Source: a virus (taxonomy: Duplodnaviria; Caudoviricetes). From it: a stretch of DNA of 64,000 bases. A model generated the notes under the pieces. The model was not told the origin of the DNA. It did not search any database and saw only the letters and a program-made list of their open reading frames with translations. Where the stretch lies: the IMG/VR virus record IMGVR_UViG_3300023053_000001, positions 128,001 through 192,000 of that record. One strand, given 5' to 3'. A program made the translations under genes and the position numbers. Numbering within the stretch: the stretch's first letter is position 1; each line of letters starts with the position of its first letter. This document shows positions 9,756-18,061 of this stretch, one piece after another.

Positions 9756-10304
9756 CTACGCAGTTGCCGCAGGTGCACTGACCTCACTGAACTCCCACGC
9801 AGCGTCTAGACGCCGTTTGAGGTCCACTACGTACGGGCTCTTCCTTTTGCCGAACTTCGTCCACAGGCGCACGGCCACGTACATGGCCTGACGCGGCCAC
9901 ACACCCACACCAGAAACCTTCATCGCGTCCTTGAAGATGCGATCAGCTTCCTTACGGCTGCACGGAACCGGTTCGCCCTTTTCATACAGGACGGCGTATT
10001 CGCACAGGTAGTCGTGCAGGGCCGCTGCCTGGGAGTAGGTATCCCACGGCGGGAGCAACCACCACAGCAGGCGCGGAATCGTAGCACCGTCGGTCAAGAA
10101 ACCTGCCGGCACACGCGCCCAACGTTGATCGGCTTCTTCGCCGATGTAGAACTTGAATGAATCCACCACCCGCCACACGTTCAGGTGCAGTTCCTTGGAG
10201 GCTTCGGCGTCGAACTGAATGCTCAGATCGGCATCGAATCGCTTGTACGGAATGGCCTTGGCCAACTCGCTTTTCACCGCAACTACGCTGTTGATGTCTT
10301 TCAT
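9756..10304 (-). CDS. DUF1353-like protein
   Basis: VPAGFLTDGATIPRLLWWLLPPW..YSQAAALHDYL signature. Likely start MKDINSV at 10304; the ORF extends to 10337. Confidence 0.8.
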   Translation of the reverse strand: MKDINSVVAVKSELAKAIPYKRFDADLSIQFDAEASKELHLNVWRVVDSFKFYIGEEADQRWARVPAGFLTDGATIPRLLWWLLPPWDTYSQAAALHDYLCEYAVLYEKGEPVPCSRKEADRIFKDAMKVSGVGVWPRQAMYVAVRLWTKFGKRKSPYVVDLKRRLDAAWEFSEVSAPAATA

Positions 10305-10368
10305 GATCCTGCTCGAGTCAAAAGAGAAGAATGCCACTGGGCCCGAAGACCCAGTGGCACCGTATTAC

Positions 10369-12375
10369 TTACGCCGCAGTACCAATTGCGATGTAACTGA
10401 CACCCTGCACACCGATACCGTCCCAGCGGAAACGCAGGCCGAAGGTGTTGACACCGTCGACGGACTGCATCGAACGCGAGGGCGAGCCGTTGGTGATGTC
10501 GTGCGCCTGACCAACCGCCGTGGGGCGCTGGGAGAACGCACGCATGAACGGGTAGGTCTGGTTGTTGCTGGTGGTGTTTTCCCAACCGAAGCAGATCAGC
10601 ATCGGACCGATACGGGCAAAGCCGCGCTGACCACCACGGTAGTTCTCCAGTCCGGTGTTACCCGAACCGATACCCAGCGAGTCCAGATACGCCTTGAGCG
10701 CATCAGCCGGAACGTAGCGACCGCCCGTACCATTGCCGATGTCCCACGACGATGCTGCCGGCCAATCGTTCAGGTTACCCAGACCGACGTGCCACTTGTT
10801 GGTACCGTGCGGGTTATCACCGCGGTTGGCATGCGCTGCGATGTTCGGATCGGGCTGTGCGGTGGTGTGCATGCGCCCCATGAAGGAGGCATCCACCGTT
10901 GCTTCGATCTGACCATTGGCCCAGCGCATCTGGACATCGTTGCCGCCGGTGTTGCGCACCTGCTTGGCATTGATGACCTGATCCAAACCCACCTGCGCCT
11001 TGTTGACCTGGTGCGGGTTGTTCCGGTTGTTGACGTGGTCATTGAGCGGTGCCAATGCCTGCGTTGCAATGGCCTGAGCCACGCGCAGCGGAGTCATCAT
11101 GCGATCGTTCAGCGAGCCAGCTCGCGCCTCAGCTTCAGAAGCCGTTGCGAAGTTGTCCACATTACCGAGGCCGACCTGCGTCTTGGTCGTCTGATGCGGA
11201 TTGTTGCGATCGTTGATGTGGTTGTTCACCGGCACCATCGCCGCATCGATCACGGTCTTGACCAACAGCGGGGTCATGTACAGCGCATTGGACGAACCAT
11301 TCAAGGCTTCCGCCGAGGTGGCAATTCCGTAGTTCTGCACACTGCCCAAGCCCACCTGCGCCTTCGTCACACCGTGCGGATTGTCGATCCGTGCGATGTG
11401 GGCGTTCAGGGGAACCAGTGCCTGTTGGGCAATGGCCGCCCGGACGTTGGCCGGGGTCACGAACAGGTTGGTCGCCGTACCGGTCACCGCCTGCGCATCC
11501 GTGGAGGTTGCGAAGTTGTCGACATTGCCCAGACCCACTTGCGCCTTGGTAGTGGCATGCGGGTTGTTCTTGTCGTCGATGTGCAGTCGCAGGGCGTCGC
11601 CTGCAAACTTATCGATGGCTTCCTTGACACGCAGGGGCGTCATGTACAGCGCGTTGGAGGTACCCGCCACGGCGTCCGCATTGGCTGCGATGCCGTAGTT
11701 CTGCACGTTACCCAAGCCGACCTGCGCCTTGGTGGTGTTGTGCGGGTTGCTCACGTTGGTGGCGTGTGCGTTGAAGTCGGTACGCAGGTTGGCCACGTCG
11801 GTACGGATCAAACCGTCCTGGTAGTCCACGTACTGAATCAGCTCACGATGGGACGCTTCATCACCCATCAAGATGGCCTGACGAATTGCCTCCAGCTCGG
11901 CCACGATGTACTCGAAGCCGTAGACGTCACCGATGTCATGCAAGTGCGGGGCCGCCGGATAGCGCTCGGGCTTTCCGATGATCGAGCCCCACTGCACCGA
12001 ACGGTAATCGATGTTCAGCGCGTCGATCATCTGCTGGATCGCAGTGATGGACGAACTGTAATCGCCACCGACCACCTGGTAGTCGATCACGAAGTCGTTA
12101 CCGATCGTGTCGTCAGTGATGACGATGACGGTACACACTTCCTGACCGGTCTTGATGGTGGCTTCCGGCAACAGCTGCACGGCCTTGTAGTGCTTTTGCT
12201 TTTCCAGCACAGCGCCGGTGGAAGCGCGCTTGACTACCAAGGACTTGGTATAGAACGGACCGTAGTTGGGCACGAATGCTCGATTGCCGACAGCCACCAA
12301 GGACTGAGGTTCCCCGACTACTTTATTCGTCGGGGAACGACCGGTCAGATCGAGCGGGTATTTGATGGGATTCAT
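10369..12375 (-). CDS. Tail fibre-like virion protein with 6 NPH repeats
   Basis: N-terminal YPLDLTGRSPTN baseplate-attachment-type domain; repeats H....NPH.TTK.QVGLGNV.N; small C-terminal beta domain. Confidence 0.75.
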   Translation of the reverse strand: MNPIKYPLDLTGRSPTNKVVGEPQSLVAVGNRAFVPNYGPFYTKSLVVKRASTGAVLEKQKHYKAVQLLPEATIKTGQEVCTVIVITDDTIGNDFVIDYQVVGGDYSSSITAIQQMIDALNIDYRSVQWGSIIGKPERYPAAPHLHDIGDVYGFEYIVAELEAIRQAILMGDEASHRELIQYVDYQDGLIRTDVANLRTDFNAHATNVSNPHNTTKAQVGLGNVQNYGIAANADAVAGTSNALYMTPLRVKEAIDKFAGDALRLHIDDKNNPHATTKAQVGLGNVDNFATSTDAQAVTGTATNLFVTPANVRAAIAQQALVPLNAHIARIDNPHGVTKAQVGLGSVQNYGIATSAEALNGSSNALYMTPLLVKTVIDAAMVPVNNHINDRNNPHQTTKTQVGLGNVDNFATASEAEARAGSLNDRMMTPLRVAQAIATQALAPLNDHVNNRNNPHQVNKAQVGLDQVINAKQVRNTGGNDVQMRWANGQIEATVDASFMGRMHTTAQPDPNIAAHANRGDNPHGTNKWHVGLGNLNDWPAASSWDIGNGTGGRYVPADALKAYLDSLGIGSGNTGLENYRGGQRGFARIGPMLICFGWENTTSNNQTYPFMRAFSQRPTAVGQAHDITNGSPSRSMQSVDGVNTFGLRFRWDGIGVQGVSYIAIGTAA

Positions 12376-12396
12376 CCCGCGCTCTCCGTGAAGCTA

Positions 12397-15300
12397 TTAG
12401 AAGGTGGCGACGTTCTGGTCGGATGCAGTGTCGGCCTCGATGAAGATACGGCGGACCGTACCGTCACGTGCACCGAAGTACAGGCGACCGTTGATCTCAC
12501 TGGTAATCAACCGCTGCTGGGTACGAGCCTTGGGCAGATTCACGGAGTTGGTCACCCATGCATCGCCATTGAACTCGGACACCACCTGCTCAGTGCCATC
12601 GACCAGCTGCATGTAGCGACGGTAAGCGTCGGGGCGGACAGCCGCCTTCACACTCACCGTCTCCGCAGCAATCGGAGCACGATTCTTGTTGATTACCACG
12701 CCCCAACCACAGGCGCCGCTGAACAGGTCAGCCAGCACCGGATCACTTGCGACGTCGAAGGAGACCGTCTTGGTGACAGTGGAAGCGTTGACAGTCTGGC
12801 GCAGTTCCACGTAGAACTGCGTGCCGGTCTTGGTGACCGACATGACCACCTTCCCACCTACGCCCGCAGCAGCCCACACGTTGGCGGTTGCAGCCGGGTT
12901 GTAGGGAGTGCCTGCACGATTGGCATCGAGCACACCATCGCCCCAACGCAGACCATCGCTGGTTGCCTGGATCATGGTGGCCTCTGCCGTCAGCAGGTTG
13001 TAGCCCACGGTGAACAGCTTGTAGAAGTTCTTACCAGCAGCACCTTCCTGCACCAGACGACCGTCGCTGCGCAGTGCGTACAGGCCATGACGAACGCCAT
13101 CGCGCTCGACGTAGGCAATGCACACACCCATCGCACTGGCCGAGCCAGTGGCGGTCAACTCCACTTCGAACTTGTAGTTGGTGTGCGTCTCCGGATTGGG
13201 CGAATACATCTCCCACTTCGAATTCAGCTCCAACCCGTCAGCCTTGATGGTGTTAAACTCCGACTTGGTAAAGCGCTTGGCCGTACCGGTCAGGATCTGG
13301 TGGAAGTCATGGTAATCTTCCGCGAAATCAGTACGCACCAGACGGGCTGCGGTCACTTCATCAGCGGTAGCCACCACGTTGATCTGCTCCAGCGACATGT
13401 TGCCGGTGCCGCCAGCGGCGACGACCTTAGCAACGCTCTTGATGGCGGTCAGGCCGGTCGGAGCAGTCGTGGTGAAATCATTGGTGCCTTCGAAGAAGCC
13501 GATAGCTTCACGATTGGCCAGGATCTGAACCTGATTGCGATTGAGCGTATCGTTCATCCACAGCTCGAAGACGTTCTGATCGGTCAAGCGGTAGCTCAAC
13601 GACCACGCCGGCTTCTTACCAGACAGCAACTCCATGTAGGACTTGTCCGGGCTGTTGATGTTCAAGTACAGCATGACCACCGAGGTTTCGGTTTCCCCAT
13701 CGGCTTCGCCGCCGGAGATCTGCACCACGTAGGTCTGATCGGTGTCTTCACCGGGCTCGTTGAAGAAGCCCAGGCGGGTGTAGGACACGGCCGACTGGTC
13801 ACGCACTTCCAAGTAGGTGATCGAACCGGACATGGCTGCCAACAGCTGCTGCGAGGACAGGCCATTCAGCAAGCTGGAGTCAGCTGCCACACCGGTGGTA
13901 CCCAGCTTACCGCTGAGCAACTGGTCGATCTGCTGCGAGGTGTAGGTACCCACCTGCGCTGCGGTAACCTGGTGCGGATTGTCACGATCGGCGATGTGAC
14001 CGGTCATGTCGGTGAAGCGGGTATCCACGTAGTCGGCAACGCCCTTCGGCGTAGCGTAGGTGGTTTCCGATTTGGCCGAGTAGTCCGATGCCACAGCAAT
14101 GCCGAAGTTCTGAACATTGCCCAGACCCACCTGCGTCTTGGTGACGCTATGCGGGTTGTCCGTACGCGCGGCGTGGGTATCCACGTCGCCACCACCGAAG
14201 ATCTGGATGGCGCGACGCACACCGGCCGGGGTCACCCACGAAGTTTCCGACACGCCTGCCTCGACTTGCGTCATGGTGGCAGTGGTGTAGTTGTCCACGT
14301 TGGACAGGCCAACCTGGGCTTTCGTGGTCCCGTGCGGGTTGTTGGTGTTGTTGACGTGATCCAGCATCGGCGCACGCACGCGCACTTCGATCGCTTCGAA
14401 TACTCGCAGCGGCGTCATGTACGTGGAGTTGTCGGTGCCGGTCTGTGCCTGCGACTGGGTTGCCACACCGTAGTTCTGCACGTTACCCAGACCAACTTGG
14501 GCCTTGTTGGTATTGTGCGGATTGTTGGTGTCATTGATGTGCGCGGTGAGCGTATCGCCCAGCAGCACGCCAATGGCTTCCTTCACCAGCAACGGGGTCA
14601 TGTACAGTACGTTGGACGTACCGGCACGAGCGTCGGTCACCGTGGCAATGCCATAGTTCTGGACGTTCCCCAAACCCACCTGCGCCTTGTTGACTTCGTG
14701 CGGGTTGGACTTGTTGGAGGTGTGGGTGTTCAGCGGAGCCAGCGCTTGGGTCTGGATCGCCTGCGCCACGCGCAGAGCGGTCATATAGACCGTGTTGCTG
14801 GTACCGGCCTCTGCCTGCGGCTGCGTGGCCACCCCGTAGTTCTGGACACTGCCCAGACCGACCTGCGCGGCAGTGGTGCCGTGCGGGTTGTTGAGGTTGC
14901 CCACGTGCGCGTTGAGCGGAGTCAGCGCCAGCGCGGTGATTGCCTGGGAGACACGCAGCGGAGTCATGTAGGACGCATTGTCCGTACCGGCCTGCGCCTG
15001 CGGAACCGTGGCAATCGGGAAGTCCATCACGTTACCGAGGCCCACCTGGACCTTGGTGGTTTTGTGCGGATTGTCGAAGTCGGCCAAATGGTCACCCAGT
15101 CCACCTTCACCTGCAAGGATGATGGCGTCGCGGATACCTTCCAGCTTTTCAACAATGGCCGATGCACCGACCATGTCAACCAGATCCCACTCGTGATCAA
15201 TCACGGGGAATTCGCGGGGCACTTCAACGACTTCTTCCCAGGTCGTGATGCGCGGGTTGACCAGCTTGTTACTCAGGATGTCTTGGATGGTCTGTTCATC

Positions 15301-15639
15301 GATCACCCATTCGCCACCGATGGTCTGGTACGTCAGTTCGACCACACCGGCGAGGGTTTTGTCGAAGTACGTCAGCGAGCCGTAAATCGGCTTACCGCAC
15401 GCCAGCGAAGCATCGTGGAACTTGTGCGAGCACAAGAAGTCCACGCCTTCGTACAGGCGACGGCCGCTGGGGTGATGGACCACCACGAGGCTTTCCTGGA
15501 AGTAGGGAGCCATCTTGGGGATGGTGAAGTAGAAGTTGGACCATCCCGGCGCCGAGATTGTCTGACGTTCGCTCGAGATGCGATTGCTCGCAGCCTTACC
15601 CGTTGGGTCAAACGGGGGCGATACTTGGTTAACGCTCAT
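12397..15639 (-). CDS. Tail fibre-like virion protein with 7 NPH repeats (paralogue of the neighbour)
   Basis: N-terminal PFDPTGKAASN domain, the same repeats, and a large distinct C-terminal beta-rich region. Start at 15639 chosen from the GGAG RBS. Confidence 0.75.
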   Translation of the reverse strand: MSVNQVSPPFDPTGKAASNRISSERQTISAPGWSNFYFTIPKMAPYFQESLVVVHHPSGRRLYEGVDFLCSHKFHDASLACGKPIYGSLTYFDKTLAGVVELTYQTIGGEWVIDEQTIQDILSNKLVNPRITTWEEVVEVPREFPVIDHEWDLVDMVGASAIVEKLEGIRDAIILAGEGGLGDHLADFDNPHKTTKVQVGLGNVMDFPIATVPQAQAGTDNASYMTPLRVSQAITALALTPLNAHVGNLNNPHGTTAAQVGLGSVQNYGVATQPQAEAGTSNTVYMTALRVAQAIQTQALAPLNTHTSNKSNPHEVNKAQVGLGNVQNYGIATVTDARAGTSNVLYMTPLLVKEAIGVLLGDTLTAHINDTNNPHNTNKAQVGLGNVQNYGVATQSQAQTGTDNSTYMTPLRVFEAIEVRVRAPMLDHVNNTNNPHGTTKAQVGLSNVDNYTTATMTQVEAGVSETSWVTPAGVRRAIQIFGGGDVDTHAARTDNPHSVTKTQVGLGNVQNFGIAVASDYSAKSETTYATPKGVADYVDTRFTDMTGHIADRDNPHQVTAAQVGTYTSQQIDQLLSGKLGTTGVAADSSLLNGLSSQQLLAAMSGSITYLEVRDQSAVSYTRLGFFNEPGEDTDQTYVVQISGGEADGETETSVVMLYLNINSPDKSYMELLSGKKPAWSLSYRLTDQNVFELWMNDTLNRNQVQILANREAIGFFEGTNDFTTTAPTGLTAIKSVAKVVAAGGTGNMSLEQINVVATADEVTAARLVRTDFAEDYHDFHQILTGTAKRFTKSEFNTIKADGLELNSKWEMYSPNPETHTNYKFEVELTATGSASAMGVCIAYVERDGVRHGLYALRSDGRLVQEGAAGKNFYKLFTVGYNLLTAEATMIQATSDGLRWGDGVLDANRAGTPYNPAATANVWAAAGVGGKVVMSVTKTGTQFYVELRQTVNASTVTKTVSFDVASDPVLADLFSGACGWGVVINKNRAPIAAETVSVKAAVRPDAYRRYMQLVDGTEQVVSEFNGDAWVTNSVNLPKARTQQRLITSEINGRLYFGARDGTVRRIFIEADTASDQNVATF

Positions 15640-15765
15640 GGTAATCTCCGATCGAGAGATGGTATCGTATGGCAATGCAAGTAAAAAACTACACGCACCA
15701 TATCATAACCTAAGCTCTTTCAGGGCCTTGGTTTTGTTGCGTTGAATTCCCCTCAGGAGACCCTC

Positions 15766-17007
15766 ATGCCCTACCAACTGACTGGCGCCAAGGTGCGCTC
15801 CAAAGGTGAAGATCGCCAGTGGTCTGATGCCGATCTGTCGGCCATGCCGATCAACGTCATTTTTGCCACGTACGGTAAAATCTATCTCCAGCTGACTCAC
15901 CCGGCGCTGCCCAAGGCTGTGTGGTTGGACATGGACACCGCCCGTCCGCTGATGGGCGTAAGTACCATGGCACGCACGATTTCCCAGTGGCTGATTTCCA
16001 TGGGCAATGCAGCGCTGCCCACGCTGGCCATGTTGCCGGACATGACCCCCAAGGTCGCACGCTATACCTGCGCCTGGCGGGCCGGCTACGATGTCAAGGC
16101 CATCGCCGTGGGTCGTCACCACAACTCGCAGATCAACGAAGGTGACAAGCACGATCTGCTGATTTCCAAGAAGGACGTGGACTTCCTGCAGAACTCGCGT
16201 TACTGCCTGGTCACCGTCAACGGCTTCTTCCATCGCGTCGGTGGGTCTGATGAAGGTCTGCATGTGGTCGATGGCGCACGCTCCACGCGCATTGCCCGTG
16301 ACAACCAGATCGGCCTGCACGATTTCCGTGAGATCGGTCCGATGGAACTGATCCCCATCACCCCGTCGATGATCTACAAGCAGAATGCCGATGGCAAGCT
16401 GGGGCAGTACGCCTACATCAAGATGCCTTACGACATCAGCAAGAAGACGGTGTTCGTGGTGATCGGCGGTTACATGCATGCACTGGACGATGTGTACAAG
16501 GTCATCGGCGCGCAGAGCCTGCGCATTGACTTCAACAACATGGCCCTGCCCGAACGTCTCTACGACAGTCAGCGGCACATCAACCTCAAAGCGTTGATGA
16601 TCGAAGACTCGGTCAACAACGCCGAGATGCGTTCGGTGGAGCAGCTGTACTCGGATCAGCTCATCACCGCGTACCTGACGTTGCCGCAGTCGTTCTTGGT
16701 CATCATCGATGCCGAGTCGGTGTACGTGCGCAAACACAACGTGGAGAACATGGGACTGCCAGGTCGTTACATGACCCATTGGCCCGTGGAGCGTTTCCCG
16801 CTCTACTCCGGTTATGGTCGTTGCTACGACTACCGCATGTTCCCCAAGGACCAGCGCTGCATGCTGGCCACCGAACCGGCCAAGATCTACGACTACAACT
16901 TCCGTACCGAGAACTGGCGCCTGAAACCGGCCATCGATGACACCCAGCTCAGCTCGGCGCCGTGGCGCTTTGCCGAGGCGTGGATGTTGGAGATCGGTCG
17001 TACCTGA
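15766..17007 (+). CDS. phiKZ-like virion structural protein
   Basis: AGGAGA RBS; long ORF with phage codon bias; motif CLVTVNGFFH recalled from phiKZ-like structural proteins. Confidence 0.55.
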   Translation: MPYQLTGAKVRSKGEDRQWSDADLSAMPINVIFATYGKIYLQLTHPALPKAVWLDMDTARPLMGVSTMARTISQWLISMGNAALPTLAMLPDMTPKVARYTCAWRAGYDVKAIAVGRHHNSQINEGDKHDLLISKKDVDFLQNSRYCLVTVNGFFHRVGGSDEGLHVVDGARSTRIARDNQIGLHDFREIGPMELIPITPSMIYKQNADGKLGQYAYIKMPYDISKKTVFVVIGGYMHALDDVYKVIGAQSLRIDFNNMALPERLYDSQRHINLKALMIEDSVNNAEMRSVEQLYSDQLITAYLTLPQSFLVIIDAESVYVRKHNVENMGLPGRYMTHWPVERFPLYSGYGRCYDYRMFPKDQRCMLATEPAKIYDYNFRTENWRLKPAIDDTQLSSAPWRFAEAWMLEIGRT

Positions 17008-17011
17008 CGGA

Positions 17012-17048
17012 CATAATCCCCTCCCCTGCGAAGGGGAGGGGATTTATG
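17012..17048. terminator. CATA-stem-loop-TATG element 2
   Basis: CATAATCCCCTCCCCT-GCGA-AGGGGAGGGGATTTATG between convergent genes. Confidence 0.7.
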
Positions 17049-17052
17049 CCGC

Positions 17053-18003
17053 TTAGTTGATGTTGGGCGCACGGACCGGACCGGTCGATTCGATACCCGT
17101 ACACTTGATCACACCGTTCTCGATGGTGAGTCCACCGATGCTGGCTTTGTTACCGGTCTTCAGTTCACCGGTCACTTCCATGGTCGGGGTATCCATCATC
17201 ACCGAGTTGGACTTGTAGGTGACGTTGTTGGCATTGACCGTGACCGTCTGCGCGTTGAGCTTGTAGTCCTTACACTCCAGCGAGATGGTCTTACCGGCGG
17301 TCATCGAGAAATCATCATCGCAGTACATGTCGATGTTGGTCTTGTCAATCACAATCCGGCTCATGTCCGGATTGAGCAATACGATCTGCCGCTCGGGCAC
17401 ATCGATGCTGATCTCATGCCCGTTGTCTTCGGTAATGATGAAGCGACCGTCAGCCAGATTGAACTGCGCATTCCAGCGGGTGTACTCTCCATTGGCCTTG
17501 GACGTGCTGAGGCTGAGGAGTTTATCGTGACTGGAGACAGTCAAGACGTAAGAGTTGTCCGCCGTCAGAGTTTCCTCTGCTTCGTCCTGGGTGGCCGAAT
17601 ACATCATGACCACCGTCTCCAACTTCCGCAGGTCATTGTCCAGACCCAAGGCCATCCAGTAGAACTCGTTGGAGTCCCCCAGTCGCCACAGCAACACGGT
17701 CTCGCCACGACGCACGTCCGGGGCCGTGGCTTGGTTACCGGGGCTGAACGGCCACCAGTCCGCTTCCAGGGTATTGTCGGTGGTGATGGAGCTGGTGTAC
17801 TGCTCACCGGCCGCATCGGTGCCTTCCACTTCCAACTGCTCGGGATTGGACTTGATCTCACCGTCGAGCATGTTCAGAGGTTCAAAGGGCGTAACCTTGA
17901 TCTTGTTCTCCGAACGCACTTTGTTCTCGGCGACCTTGCCCAGTGAGTAGATCTTGAAGGAACTGACGTCACTGGCAGGTGCGCTGGCGTCTTGCTCAGC
18001 CAT
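17053..18003 (-). CDS. Baseplate central spike / gpV-like protein
   Basis: N-terminal OB-like region (APDVRRGETVLLWR) followed by a beta-helix-like C-terminus with repeating V/I-x-V/I-x strands. Confidence 0.65.
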   Translation of the reverse strand: MAEQDASAPASDVSSFKIYSLGKVAENKVRSENKIKVTPFEPLNMLDGEIKSNPEQLEVEGTDAAGEQYTSSITTDNTLEADWWPFSPGNQATAPDVRRGETVLLWRLGDSNEFYWMALGLDNDLRKLETVVMMYSATQDEAEETLTADNSYVLTVSSHDKLLSLSTSKANGEYTRWNAQFNLADGRFIITEDNGHEISIDVPERQIVLLNPDMSRIVIDKTNIDMYCDDDFSMTAGKTISLECKDYKLNAQTVTVNANNVTYKSNSVMMDTPTMEVTGELKTGNKASIGGLTIENGVIKCTGIESTGPVRAPNIN

Positions 18004-18061
18004 GGGGGTACTCCAGAAGGTATCATTCCATTAGCATAAATTTACACGGGGGCGAGAGTCT

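Noticed and set aside
10700-15100. DNA-level repeats suggesting a CRISPR array or DGR template
   Set aside because: They are degenerate in-frame protein repeats with no constant repeat/spacer structure, no adenine-specific mismatch pattern evident, and no reverse transcriptase or cas gene in the window
10219-15684. 1821-aa + strand ORF
   Set aside because: Exact antisense shadow of two clearly repetitive fibre genes; GC-rich codon bias suppresses stops on the opposite strand; no recognisable motifs
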